Source: a virus
Lineage: Duplodnaviria > Caudoviricetes
IMG/VR virus record: IMGVR_UViG_3300046678_000067
Location: 1-64,000 of that record
DNA length: 64,000 nt
Strand: one strand, 5' to 3'
A program made the position numbers and the translations under genes. Below the pieces are notes generated by a model. It ran no database searches. It was not told where the DNA came from and was given only the letters and a program-made list of their open reading frames with translations. Of this stretch, positions 39,617 to 49,429 are shown piece after piece. Every line of letters begins with the position of its first letter. Within the stretch, counting starts at the first letter, position 1.

Positions 39617-40171
39617 TTAGCGGTAGTAATCGTCCCAATTACTCATCTGCTGATACTGCTCACGATCCCGTTCGAAACCATCGGCGCGAATTCCGGTAAA
39701 CAAGATATGGTTGGCCATATAGCGATGCTCGAAACCTAGTTCCATATGTTCCAACTTATCGTCAATCAAGGTGCCATATGCAACGTAGTGCTTTTCGTGC
39801 GTTGCGATGAAACCATCTGCGAAAGGGAAGCATCGTTTCAAAAAGTTGATCTTAGATTGCGTATGTTCCGGGAAACAGGAACTTACGAATACAATTGTTT
39901 CTCCGCCGTCCTTCGCCCGTTGAAGAGCTTCAACCGATCCTTCAACCGGCTGCAACTTATCATACAAATCCGCGTGACGCCAAAACGATAGAGGATCCAC
40001 ATAATTCTTGATCCCACCAGCTTTAGCCAGAATCTCTTTCATCTCAGGAACCAGATTATAGGTCCGAGTTTTATTGAGAACTGGGATATCTGTGAATTGT
40101 TTAAACCATTCCATCCACGGCGTCAGGGAATCGACTACCGTCAAATCCACGTCTACAGCAATAATACTCAT
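39617..40171 (-). CDS. 5'(3')-deoxyribonucleotidase (HAD, NT5C-like)
   Basis: AVDVDLTVVD, K..FL...FPF, LIDD. Confidence 0.8.
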   Translation of the reverse strand: MSIIAVDVDLTVVDSLTPWMEWFKQFTDIPVLNKTRTYNLVPEMKEILAKAGGIKNYVDPLSFWRHADLYDKLQPVEGSVEALQRAKDGGETIVFVSSCFPEHTQSKINFLKRCFPFADGFIATHEKHYVAYGTLIDDKLEHMELGFEHRYMANHILFTGIRADGFERDREQYQQMSNWDDYYR

Positions 40172-40227
40172 CAACACTCCTAATTAACATACTATGGGCT
40201 ATGCTTTATTATACCCTAGAAATGCGA

Positions 40228-40258
40228 AAGGGAGAACCAGTTTCCCGGTTCTCCCTCT
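40228..40258 (-). terminator. Terminator after gene 32
   Basis: agggagaacc/ggttctccct stem. Confidence 0.65.
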
Positions 40259-40268
40259 GATCTACATA

Positions 40269-41303
40269 TTACACGCCAGACAACAGACGTTCAAACTCAG
40301 CCATCTCATCCGAATCACCAGCAAGCGGAGCAGCTTCAGACGACTTACCAACCGAAGGGGCCGGAGCAGACTTGGCTTGTTCTGCCGGGGCTTCTTTCGA
40401 ACCACCAGTCATTTCATCAAGCATCTGTTCAGCAGTCTTGGGCTTACCAGCAGCCGGAGCAGCAGAACCGCCTTCAGCGCCAATACCCATAACCTTCTCA
40501 TACTTTGCCTTCAGTTCGTCGTAGGTCTTGAAGTTCTTACGATCATAGAACTCAGCGATGGAATGCGAAGCCTTCCAAATGCGTTCCATCTCAGCTTCAT
40601 CGCCACCAGACAACGGACCTTGAGTAGCCCACTTAACGCTATCGAAGTTAGGCGCATCGATTTCCTTCTCGCCAATCTTCTTCTTAGTGTAAGTCAAGTT
40701 CAGGATCAGGTCTGCACCTTCAAACATATCGAACGGATCGAAAATCGGATCAGTGTCGAATTCAGGCTTATTGCACTTTTCGAGAATCTTACGAATCGTT
40801 TCACCAAATTCGTAGATCATAACCTTGCCGTTGTTCTCAGGATTCGTACCATCCTTGATGATCAGAACGTTGGCGTAATAGGTCGTGCTCGGCAAGCGCT
40901 TCTTCAGAGCATTCTTAAGAATCTCATCGTTGTTCTTCTTGGCAGTACCCCAAAGCGGACCATCATAGGCTCGAACCGGGCAATCTTCACCGAACGTCTG
41001 AAGCGACTTTTCGATGTACCAACCCTTCGGACCTTGAAAACCGTGGCTCAGAATCTTTGCCATCGGGGTCAAGTCTTCAGCCTTGTACTTACCTTCTTCG
41101 ACGCCAACTTCATCCACAAAAGGAATCGGCAGGAATCGGATAATATTCACGGACTTGTTGTCCTTTGCATTACGAGTCGGTTTCCAAATGCGTTCGTCTT
41201 TCTTGAACCCACCGCCATTTTGACCCGTCTTTTCCAGCTTCGTTTGCAGAGCTTGGAAGTTAGTACCTTTACGTGCACGCAATGCGTTAAAATCAATAGC
41301 CAT
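40269..41303 (-). CDS. 32: Single-stranded DNA-binding protein gp32
   Basis: DERIWK, IIRFLP, HGFQG..GWYIE, CPV, YYANVL, PFD..EGA, acidic tail. Confidence 0.95.
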   Translation of the reverse strand: MAIDFNALRARKGTNFQALQTKLEKTGQNGGGFKKDERIWKPTRNAKDNKSVNIIRFLPIPFVDEVGVEEGKYKAEDLTPMAKILSHGFQGPKGWYIEKSLQTFGEDCPVRAYDGPLWGTAKKNNDEILKNALKKRLPSTTYYANVLIIKDGTNPENNGKVMIYEFGETIRKILEKCNKPEFDTDPIFDPFDMFEGADLILNLTYTKKKIGEKEIDAPNFDSVKWATQGPLSGGDEAEMERIWKASHSIAEFYDRKNFKTYDELKAKYEKVMGIGAEGGSAAPAAGKPKTAEQMLDEMTGGSKEAPAEQAKSAPAPSVGKSSEAAPLAGDSDEMAEFERLLSGV

Positions 41304-41439
41304 CTTTATTTCTCACTTACAGTTTTCGTTTAGTTTCATATGATGTCATTCTTTCTTAGGATAAAAACGAGCAATGAGCTTCTGACCTTCTCTTGCCGCT
41401 ATACGTTTATTTAGTCTGGAAATTTACTCCAGACGCATA

Positions 41440-41658
41440 TTATATCGAATTACGCTTAACTTCACGAATTCCTGCTATGAACTTCATATCGCCATAGATA
41501 TAATCGTCAAATGTTTCACCAGGTTCAACTACCACTTCCTTGGTATTATACTGGGCTGGTCCAAATGTTTCACGACCCGAATACATCTTTTCTTTGACTG
41601 AAACTATAACGACATAATCTGCTTCAGCAGGAACTTCTACGATAACTTGAGTCGTCAT
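41440..41658 (-). CDS. Hypothetical protein
   Basis: ORF coupled to gene 33. Confidence 0.55.
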   Translation of the reverse strand: MTTQVIVEVPAEADYVVIVSVKEKMYSGRETFGPAQYNTKEVVVEPGETFDDYIYGDMKFIAGIREVKRNSI

Positions 41659-41927
41659 TAGAATCCAATAACTGAGCTAGTAGTGTTTCGTTCTTTCAGG
41701 AGTCGCATCTGCATAGCTTCGTTCTTGATCTTATCAAGCAACGAAGGGCTGATCAGCTTACGACCTTCCTCAGCTTCAAGTCCCAGTTCCTCGATGTACT
41801 GAGTTGTATGATAGATATAAGAATCTTCATCCTTATCATCCCAAGTGCGCTTTTCTACTTCAAGCGAGAACTCTTCAGCAGACGGCAAAGCTACCACAAC
41901 TGCGGGTTCCAAAATTACGTTTTCCAT
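41658..41927 (-). CDS. 33: Late transcription coactivator gp33
   Basis: FSLEVEK...LISPSLLDKIKNEA..RLL; AAGGA SD; near gene 32. Confidence 0.8.
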   Translation of the reverse strand: MENVILEPAVVVALPSAEEFSLEVEKRTWDDKDEDSYIYHTTQYIEELGLEAEEGRKLISPSLLDKIKNEAMQMRLLKERNTTSSVIGF

Positions 41928-41928
41928 T

Positions 41929-42210
41929 TTACTTCCTTGCATCGTGTAGGATAAACCAGGGCATATCATCAATCCATACATTGACATTGATGTTTTGCTC
42001 GAACATGAAGTCGTGTTTATTACGACGTTCGGTGAAGAAGATACCGTCAACTTTATCTTTCAAAAGTTTGATGACGTCGGCTCCTTCCTTTTTATATCGC
42101 ATCGTGATGCAATAAACTGTATGACCGCGTTTACGTGCAGCCGCAACAAAAGCATCCCATAGGTCAGGATCACGAGTGTATGTATCATCAAAATCTAAGG
42201 AAAGTACCAT
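41929..42210 (-). CDS. Minimal HAD-like protein
   Basis: SLDFDDTY...ITMR...WIDD. Confidence 0.65.
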   Translation of the reverse strand: MVLSLDFDDTYTRDPDLWDAFVAAARKRGHTVYCITMRYKKEGADVIKLLKDKVDGIFFTERRNKHDFMFEQNINVNVWIDDMPWFILHDARK

Positions 42211-42248
42211 TTTCTTCACTCCATAACTATATTCATTACAATCGTTCA

Positions 42249-42458
42249 TTATGGACGTTCCTGCCATTGCTTGAAGAAAATAGCCATCTCAACCTTAGCT
42301 TTCTCAGTAGCTTCGACATTCTCTTTGGACATCGGTAGTCCCGCCTTGGCCATACTACAAGGACAAAGCGGTTCTCCGCATTGAGGTCCCATGCAAGCAC
42401 AACACATCATTCTAGTGCCAGGCTTTGCATAAAACTGATCTGATTTGTTATACGTCAA
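42249..42458 (-). CDS. Small Cys-rich hypothetical protein
   Basis: CACMGP..GEPLCPC. Confidence 0.5.
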   Translation of the reverse strand: MTYNKSDQFYAKPGTRMMCCACMGPQCGEPLCPCSMAKAGLPMSKENVEATEKAKVEMAIFFKQWQERP

Positions 42459-42702
42459 TCGTACTTGTCCTTCCAGCGGTTTTCTTGATCTCTCTCAGAC
42501 GGTCCTTAAACACATCTGGAACGCCCTTACGGAAATCGCCAACTCCGGCAACAATGCGGCAGGTTGATACTAGACGTTCGATGCCCATAGCCGATTTACA
42601 CGAAGGACACGGAGCGTTCACCGGAGCATCGCGATCATTGATCTTAAGCACGTCACTAAACTCGTGCTCGCAATGCTTACATTTATATTCATACAACGGC
42701 AT
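42448..42702 (-). CDS. FmdB-family zinc-ribbon protein
   Basis: MPLYEYKCKHC...CPSC. Confidence 0.8.
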   Translation of the reverse strand: MPLYEYKCKHCEHEFSDVLKINDRDAPVNAPCPSCKSAMGIERLVSTCRIVAGVGDFRKGVPDVFKDRLREIKKTAGRTSTIDV

Positions 42703-42704
42703 AC

Positions 42705-42929
42705 TTAATCCAAATAGTGAGTTTGATGTTGAAACAATTCTCCTACGCACTGGAGATTGTGCTTACCTGCCAACTCCACAGCATAAGCAATGGCTTCGTC
42801 CTTATCTTCATAAGGCCATTGCTTACGGGAAGCAATACAATAATCGCTGAACTCATAATCCCAAGCCAGAGCCATATCCAGCTTGGTCTTATCAGATCGC
42901 GGAAATACTACGATCCATACTTGACTCAT
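42705..42929 (-). CDS. Hypothetical protein
   Basis: ORF, ATGA overlap. Confidence 0.55.
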   Translation of the reverse strand: MSQVWIVVFPRSDKTKLDMALAWDYEFSDYCIASRKQWPYEDKDEAIAYAVELAGKHNLQCVGELFQHQTHYLD

Positions 42930-43858
42930 TGATTGAATACCTTATCAACCAGTTGAACGATATACAGCGAGTCAATTTTGATTTCAGGGTTTTCTTCCCG
43001 AGCATTGGCCATAGTGATCAACAAATGATTCATATAGGCCTGATCACATCCGGTCAACTGGTCTTTAACAACCGCAGGATCATTGAGGTCCAGATCGTTG
43101 ACTTGCCATGCCATCTTCAGAATCTCCCCTGCCGAAATGCGCCAGCCGCGCTCAATAAACTTGCGCATACGGAATAGGCTACAAATCGGATACAGCGAAC
43201 CCGTATAATTCAGGGTCTTGCTGAGGATGGATTCAAGCGCGGCTGCATTCAGTTGCAGAGTATCGGTTGCATACTCGTAAACATTCTTGCAATGCTCGAA
43301 GTCGTAATTCTTGTGGATCTCATCAGAGTTACCATAGAAGCGAATTACCAGTTGAATCTTATCCGTCAAGGTAATTGCATTAGCGCTGAGGAATACCGGG
43401 CGATAACGTTCTTTCTTTGCTTCTTCGCTTTGTTGGGGTTTAAGAATGTGATCAGCGATTTGATCTGCGCCGCCTTCTCCCAAACCTTCTTCATATGCGA
43501 ATTCAGGAGTATCTTCGGCGTCGTCGGCTTGAGCTACTCCGTGACTTTGGACGTGAATCTGTACTCGACCATCTTCATCAACCTTTACAACTGGCTGCAT
43601 TCCGTAATCGGCGTTCAGACGCGTAAATGTCTTACAGTAATAATTGGCAATCGCTTCGGTAGTTTCCTTAGTCTTAAAGTAGATGTCGAAATCCTTGATC
43701 TCATCACCCATCAACATTGAGACAATAGAACCGCCCGTTACAATAACATCGCGGCGCAGAAGTCGTTGAACATCTGTATCGTCAACCGATTTAATCCAAT
43801 CACCAATCTTATTCTTCAGAATCTTGCGAATCGACTTACTCTTAAAACCGTGTTCCAT
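42926..43858 (-). CDS. Pol-beta-superfamily nucleotidyltransferase-like protein
   Basis: VTGGSI...KDFDIYF; YDFEHC; RMRKFIERGW. Confidence 0.7.
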   Translation of the reverse strand: MEHGFKSKSIRKILKNKIGDWIKSVDDTDVQRLLRRDVIVTGGSIVSMLMGDEIKDFDIYFKTKETTEAIANYYCKTFTRLNADYGMQPVVKVDEDGRVQIHVQSHGVAQADDAEDTPEFAYEEGLGEGGADQIADHILKPQQSEEAKKERYRPVFLSANAITLTDKIQLVIRFYGNSDEIHKNYDFEHCKNVYEYATDTLQLNAAALESILSKTLNYTGSLYPICSLFRMRKFIERGWRISAGEILKMAWQVNDLDLNDPAVVKDQLTGCDQAYMNHLLITMANAREENPEIKIDSLYIVQLVDKVFNQ

Positions 43859-43894
43859 TAACACTCCATAGTTAGATGTCTTACAACAGAATCT

Positions 43895-43923
43895 ATTATA
43901 CTATGGAATGTATGGAAAGTAAA
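43895..43923 (-). promoter_or_regulatory. Promoter TTTACT-17-TATAAT
   Basis: Motif match. Confidence 0.7.
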
Positions 43924-43937
43924 GATATAAAACTGTA

Positions 43938-44426
43938 TTACATATCAGTACGCTTCGGCTTATAGAAATTATGATCACCGATTCTTGTCACTAACCGGAA
44001 ACCTCTGAGCCATTCTCTATTTGTATAAGTCTTTGGATTAACGAAGTATAGAGCACCGTGAGTTGGATCAGCCTTGGAACCTTCCCAAGCCGCCATTGAA
44101 GCCCTAATTGAATCCTCCATTTGTTTCTTTACGCCTGGAACATTTTCTTTAATCCAGACTGGTTTGAAAGTGAATTGACCTTTTTGTTTTACTACCGCAC
44201 ATACATCGTCGGGAAAATTGCTGCTCTTTGTACGGTTGATAATCACATACGCTACAGCGATCTTTCCTTCCATCGGTTGGTTGGATGCTTCAGCGTGAAC
44301 GGCTTGTGAAAGACAAGCCACTTCTTTGAGATTATCTATATTGTCTATGTTAATGGCCGGTTGAGACGCACCAAAATTAAACGCCATGAACATAGATACT
44401 ATCATCGCCTTGAATTGGGCAAGCAT
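43938..44426 (-). CDS. SleB-like cell-wall hydrolase (Hydrolase_2)
   Basis: CLSQAVHAEA...AVAYVIINR...FP..VC.VV.Q..QF...DPTHGALYF...IGDHNFY. Confidence 0.9.
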   Translation of the reverse strand: MLAQFKAMIVSMFMAFNFGASQPAINIDNIDNLKEVACLSQAVHAEASNQPMEGKIAVAYVIINRTKSSNFPDDVCAVVKQKGQFTFKPVWIKENVPGVKKQMEDSIRASMAAWEGSKADPTHGALYFVNPKTYTNREWLRGFRLVTRIGDHNFYKPKRTDM

Positions 44427-44505
44427 ATACTACTCCTTTATTAATATGATAGATTTGAATTATTTCGCTAGGTTGCCTTAGAAGTATGGATTAGGTTAAA
44501 GTTAG

Positions 44506-44534
44506 ATTATACCCTATTAACGATGTAACGTAAA
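44506..44534 (-). promoter_or_regulatory. Promoter TTTACG-17-TATAAT
   Basis: Motif match. Confidence 0.65.
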
Positions 44535-44552
44535 GGGCGCACAGAAAATGGA

Positions 44553-44584
44553 AAACAGAGGAAACTTTACAGTTTCCTCTGTTT
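44553..44584 (-). terminator. Terminator hairpin
   Basis: Perfect 13-bp aaacagaggaaac/gtttcctctgttt stem. Confidence 0.65.
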
Positions 44585-44680
44585 GGCGTTTTATATTTTT
44601 GTTATGATTCTAGCCAGCTTTGAAAAACTTCAATTTGACCCGGCGCCAGAATTCAAAATGCCGAGTCTTCAAAGCTGGCT

Positions 44681-45190
44681 TTAGGCTTTTGGGTCTTGGG
44701 GAGTATCCTCTGGAAAGGCGGCTCTGACGACTAACTCGTTGAGTTCCTTCCTATAGTATTTACCCTGAATAATTTCAGCTACTAATTTAGCGTCATCTTT
44801 GTGAAGAGCCGGCAATAGCTGATGTGCAATTCCCCGTTTAGTCCTTGGTCCAGTCGGAAACGTATCATACATACGAGTGACTTGCCTCCACATACTCTGT
44901 AGAGTCTCTGAGCTACCACCTTTAGGTACGTTAGATGGGGCCCAATCTAGGGGTCCAATAGACAACAGTTCCTTAAAAGCGTCCCGACAGAAATAGGCCA
45001 CAATCAGGAAATACTTCAATTCAGGATAGATCGCACTGTAGCGCTGAACTGCCGCTACACGATCTTCAAACTTCTCAGGCTGAACACATAGTTCAATTAG
45101 TTCGCTCAGATCCAGGTCGCGCTTTTTCAAGTTAGCGGCCTGACGATCAGTCAAATAACCTTGTGTGAAAGCTGCAGATGCGCCGCTCAT
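44681..45190 (-). CDS. Conserved T4-like hypothetical protein
   Basis: ORF; LLPALHKDDAKLV pattern. Confidence 0.6.
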   Translation of the reverse strand: MSGASAAFTQGYLTDRQAANLKKRDLDLSELIELCVQPEKFEDRVAAVQRYSAIYPELKYFLIVAYFCRDAFKELLSIGPLDWAPSNVPKGGSSETLQSMWRQVTRMYDTFPTGPRTKRGIAHQLLPALHKDDAKLVAEIIQGKYYRKELNELVVRAAFPEDTPQDPKA

Positions 45191-45744
45191 TATTTTACCT
45201 CTTTGAAAAAGCTGTGACAGCGAAGAACAGCGAGTGAGTCAGCAATATCGTCAATCGGCTTCGCCATTTCTTTAATTCCTAGAATCTCGTGTAGCTTGAC
45301 ACCCATTAGATGGTGAAAGGTATCTACCATCACATCTTTCTTAGCGTTTCCCTTACCAGTGAAATTCTTCTTAACTTGTGAAGGTGGAGGGGTAGTGAAA
45401 GCGATACCATGTAAGTCCATATATTGCTTCAATAGACTTGCATTCTCCGCGATCTGGAATACCAATCCAGAACTCGACCCCAAAGCATATCCTTCAATGC
45501 ATGCTTCTTGAACATGAAATACTTCCAAGATACCACTTGCCCAATCGCAGATATTACGGAACCTTTCTTCAGTAGTTTCATATTCTTTGAATAGATCAAT
45601 GGTGATATTTTGGTAATGCCCAGCTCGACTTTTAGTGCCATTCATATTATAGAACAGCAAGTTATCAAACTTAAATTCTCTTTCTGTATTATACACGCAA
45701 ATAGCGGGACTGGTGTATGAATAGTCGATTCCTGCGATGATCAT
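45190..45744 (-). CDS. RuvC-like Holliday junction resolvase
   Basis: IAGIDYS, CIEGY, KK.FTGKGNAKK, DDIADS. Confidence 0.85.
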   Translation of the reverse strand: MIIAGIDYSYTSPAICVYNTEREFKFDNLLFYNMNGTKSRAGHYQNITIDLFKEYETTEERFRNICDWASGILEVFHVQEACIEGYALGSSSGLVFQIAENASLLKQYMDLHGIAFTTPPPSQVKKNFTGKGNAKKDVMVDTFHHLMGVKLHEILGIKEMAKPIDDIADSLAVLRCHSFFKEVK

Positions 45745-45768
45745 AAATTCTCCTTGTATAAGAAGAAC

Positions 45769-45912
45769 TTAGTCTTGCGAATCCTCAGACGATTCAGAGC
45801 CGCAGAAAGGACAAATATTTGGAACTTTTACTTCTTCTGGGTCAACCAGGATAATTGCAACCTTACCACAATCTTCATTATGGCAGGTCATTTCAAATTT
45901 CAGTAGACTCAC
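45769..45912 (-). CDS. Small zinc-ribbon protein (47 aa)
   Basis: CHNEDC...CPFCG; GTG overlapping the glutaredoxin stop. Confidence 0.55.
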   Translation of the reverse strand: MSLLKFEMTCHNEDCGKVAIILVDPEEVKVPNICPFCGSESSEDSQD

Positions 45913-46154
45913 AGCTTTCCCGTTAGCACAGCAACCCGTGCTTCATTAAAGCCGCCAACGAACGTGGAGCCGTTGAATAGCATAGGGAATGAACGGGGTT
46001 GTGGTAGGCCTGCCTGCTCAAATACCGCAGCCAAATCCTCACGAGTATAATCCGTGTCCAACTTCTTTACTTCAAAGGTCTTACCCTTGATCTTCAGCAG
46101 GTTCTCTAGCTGAAGGCATTGCGCGCAAGCGTCTTTCGAATAAACGGTCAGCAT
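45909..46154 (-). CDS. Glutaredoxin
   Basis: CAQC, RSFP, VGGF; near nrdAB. Confidence 0.85.
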   Translation of the reverse strand: MLTVYSKDACAQCLQLENLLKIKGKTFEVKKLDTDYTREDLAAVFEQAGLPQPRSFPMLFNGSTFVGGFNEARVAVLTGKL

Positions 46155-46165
46155 ATCTCTAATCC

Positions 46166-46600
46166 TTATTGGGCAATGATGATCTTCTTTTCTTCTGGAG
46201 AAATGAAATCTCCCATAACATCAACAAAGCTAGTCTTACGTTCAGACTGACGACGTTGTAGGATATCCTGGGCAAACATAAGAATGTTATCTTCTTTCTT
46301 ATTGTATGCATCGGCACCTAGGATAAGAGCGCCAGTATCACCATCCACCGCGAACGGACCATCAAATACAATATCCAATTCGCTGCTGAAAGCATTGAAC
46401 ATATAGATAAGATTCGGCGCGTCAGCATTCACGTGCACAAGAGCGCGAATCGGAGCATCACCATCGACTAGGAAAATGAACGAGGGGAAAGGCCCATAAA
46501 CAATACGACCACTACCAGTAGGACTATCGCCAACTTGCAGTTCGGTATTCGGGTCAATCTTTGCGAAAATTTCTTTCAGAGCCTTTACTTTATTTGTCAT
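46166..46600 (-). CDS. Hypothetical protein
   Basis: ORF. Confidence 0.6.
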   Translation of the reverse strand: MTNKVKALKEIFAKIDPNTELQVGDSPTGSGRIVYGPFPSFIFLVDGDAPIRALVHVNADAPNLIYMFNAFSSELDIVFDGPFAVDGDTGALILGADAYNKKEDNILMFAQDILQRRQSERKTSFVDVMGDFISPEEKKIIIAQ

Positions 46601-46663
46601 CGTATTTACAGTTAGTTTCAAAATAGGGAGAGAATAAATCTCTCCCATCGTACTATGATTTAG

Positions 46664-48349
46664 TTACATGCAGGCGATACATTCGCCGCGCGATGCAACG
46701 ATACCAGCTTTGCTATAGTTATAGTATAGGCTAGTAATGAACGGGTCTTTGAATGCAATCTCGTGAATCTCTGAGATATACGCTTCATCTTCATCAGCAT
46801 CGAAGAATAGGTTCACAGACTGGCCTTGATCGACGTACATCTGACGAGCCGAAGCCATCGAGATAATCGCACGCTGATTAATTTCAAACGCCGTCTTAAA
46901 CACTTCCTTCTCGTGATCCGTCAGCCATTCAACCGCCTGTACCGATCCTTGAGCCTTAGCTAGTTCCAACATATGCTCATCATCATACACACCGCGATCT
47001 TTCATCAAGGCTAGTAGGATAGGATTAGCACGATCAACTTCACCAGCAGCTGTCAACTGAGTAAACGTCATCGCCGGATCAGGATTGATACCTTCAGAGA
47101 TACCACCCATAATCAGCGCTGTCGATTTAGTCGGAGCAATAGCCATCAAGTGAGTATTGCGAACACCCAGACCCTTACACCATTCCGGTTCTCCGAATTC
47201 CTTAGCCAAATCGCGCGAAGCCTTATCAGCTTGACCACGAATGTGACCGAACAACTCATCATTGAATTGAATCGCTTCGAAGCTATCGAACGGAATACTA
47301 TGCGACTGTAGGTAAGTGTGGAATCCCGCAACTCCCAAACCTAGAGCACGACCCTTCTCGGTAAATCGTACCGCATTTTCCAGACCGCGAACACCGCGAG
47401 CTTTCTGAAGGAATTCTTCACAGACGCAATCTAGGAATACTGTTGCCGTATGAGCAGCATCTGTATCTTTCCATTCGTCATACTTAGCCGCGTTCATCGA
47501 ACTCAAAACGCAGGTGAAGGTATGATCAGCGTCGCTGAATAGCGCAATCTCAGAACATAGGTTACTAGCCTTAACAAACAGACCATGCGTTACATATGCA
47601 ATCGGACGTAGACGGTTGACTTTGTCCGGGAAGAAGAAATAACCCTTGCCGGTAATCATCTTCAGGACCATCATCGTCTGATAACGGTCTAGGAAGTCTA
47701 GATCACCGTTGTCAAGCGCTTCGATAAAAGCATCGGTAATACACCAGCCAATATTAGCGTCATCAGGATTATTTTTAATGAATGCTGCCAATTCATAAAA
47801 ATCGCCGTGTTCCGGTTCAATATATCCAGCCCAAGCGCCGCGACGGGCAGTACCCTGAGCCACGTCTCGCATCGCTTGTACAAAGTCTTTATAGACTGGA
47901 AGAACGCCACTAGCCTTACCGCCACGAGAGATTTTAGAACCACGGGGACGAATATCTCCAAGATAACCAGAAGTGCCGAAACCCTCTTGAGTCAGTACGC
48001 ATGTTTCCAATTCCGAGGCTTTAAACCCGTAGATCGAATCATCAACGTATTGTCCTGAGCAAGAAACTGGCATACCACGGTTAGTGCCCATATTCGCTAG
48101 AACTGGAGTTGACGGACTGAGCCATCCCTTCCATAGAAGGTTGAAGAACTTACGTTCCCAACGAATCGGGTTGTTTGTATGTTTAGCTGCCGTGCGAGCG
48201 ATACGCTCATATTGATGTCTAGGAGTCGGAGCGTCATATTGATAACGATCCTTAAACATCTGATATCCACCGGTAGTGTACCAATCCGGTAGAAGTCCTT
48301 CAACTTGTAACTTTTTGCGCTCTGCGCTCAATTCTTCATAAATGCTCAT
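46664..48349 (-). CDS. nrdA: Ribonucleotide reductase class Ia alpha subunit (short, no ATP cone)
   Basis: SPSTP..N, VSC, SNLCSE, AIAPT, DQGQSVN, SLYY, ECIAC. Confidence 0.95.
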   Translation of the reverse strand: MSIYEELSAERKKLQVEGLLPDWYTTGGYQMFKDRYQYDAPTPRHQYERIARTAAKHTNNPIRWERKFFNLLWKGWLSPSTPVLANMGTNRGMPVSCSGQYVDDSIYGFKASELETCVLTQEGFGTSGYLGDIRPRGSKISRGGKASGVLPVYKDFVQAMRDVAQGTARRGAWAGYIEPEHGDFYELAAFIKNNPDDANIGWCITDAFIEALDNGDLDFLDRYQTMMVLKMITGKGYFFFPDKVNRLRPIAYVTHGLFVKASNLCSEIALFSDADHTFTCVLSSMNAAKYDEWKDTDAAHTATVFLDCVCEEFLQKARGVRGLENAVRFTEKGRALGLGVAGFHTYLQSHSIPFDSFEAIQFNDELFGHIRGQADKASRDLAKEFGEPEWCKGLGVRNTHLMAIAPTKSTALIMGGISEGINPDPAMTFTQLTAAGEVDRANPILLALMKDRGVYDDEHMLELAKAQGSVQAVEWLTDHEKEVFKTAFEINQRAIISMASARQMYVDQGQSVNLFFDADEDEAYISEIHEIAFKDPFITSLYYNYSKAGIVASRGECIACM

Positions 48350-49347
48350 AGCGCTTTACCTTTCCAAATAAATCCAGCCTTTTCCCAATCTCTATTATAC
48401 TGATTACCCACTCCGCTGAAGAAGTCGTTAAATTGGAAATCGTTAATACCCTTGTAGAACCATTCTTCGATGGTGTTCTCAGTTTCTTCTGCTGTAAAGA
48501 TCGGTTCAATATCTAGATTCGAGAGACAGAAATTAATACGATGCTTTACGAAAGCCTTCAAGTCATCAGCCGTAATACCGGCAATCTCACCCTTTTCGAA
48601 AATCATATCAACGATACGACTCTCATGCTCAAATACGGTTTTGGCGACTTCCTTAATACGCTTGATCAGTTTCTTTAACTGAGCGGCAGTAAGTTTGAAT
48701 TCATCGCGTACCTTCTTGAACAACCACGCGCCTGCTTCGGAGTGTAGATTCTCGTCACGTACTGAGAAGTTGATTCCTCGAACAAGGTTCATCAACTTAT
48801 TCTTACCGTTACTTTGGAAGTGCTTCAGGAATGCAAACGAGGAATAAAGAACTGCGCCTTCAATCATTGTAAAGGCAGCTAGGGAGACTAGCTCATCTTC
48901 ATCTTCGAGCATAGCCCCAATGAACTTCATACGATCATTGAGAACAGGATCATTGACATACGAGGTATAGAATTCGTCAGTTGCGATACCTAGCTCTTCA
49001 TTCAGCTTGGCATAGAACGGCGCGTGTACGTTTAGTTCGAAGAAAGCGAAGGCACTAGCCATACGTACAATCTCAGGACGCGGATAACGCTTCTTGACGA
49101 CCTCACCCCAATACTCTTCACCTACGAACAACTCATATCGAGTGAACAGCTTAGAAACAGAAATGACCCCATGAGATTCCGATGGGGCCATATTTACTAG
49201 CAGGTCTTGCTTATCTTTCTCTACCTTTACTTCATCGTGGAGCCAAAATACGCTGTTTTGTTTTGCGGCAAACTCGATTGCTTCCGGGTAATCTTTATTC
49301 GTGTAGCTTTCGGTCTGCGTTTTAATTTTAGGAATTGCTTTATTCAT
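48346..49347 (-). CDS. nrdB: Ribonucleotide reductase class Ia beta subunit
   Basis: FELNVHAPFY, EGAVLYSSFA, RDENLH, DFF....QY. Confidence 0.93.
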   Translation of the reverse strand: MNKAIPKIKTQTESYTNKDYPEAIEFAAKQNSVFWLHDEVKVEKDKQDLLVNMAPSESHGVISVSKLFTRYELFVGEEYWGEVVKKRYPRPEIVRMASAFAFFELNVHAPFYAKLNEELGIATDEFYTSYVNDPVLNDRMKFIGAMLEDEDELVSLAAFTMIEGAVLYSSFAFLKHFQSNGKNKLMNLVRGINFSVRDENLHSEAGAWLFKKVRDEFKLTAAQLKKLIKRIKEVAKTVFEHESRIVDMIFEKGEIAGITADDLKAFVKHRINFCLSNLDIEPIFTAEETENTIEEWFYKGINDFQFNDFFSGVGNQYNRDWEKAGFIWKGKAL

Positions 49348-49429
49348 TTCATCACTTTACCTTTGAAATTGGGAATTGCGGTTAGCCGAATATTTAGGTA
49401 AATGGATTCGTACGCATACTTAAAACTCT

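Noticed and set aside
40194-41333. 379-aa plus-strand ORF
   Set aside because: Antisense shadow of gene 32; no motifs or SD
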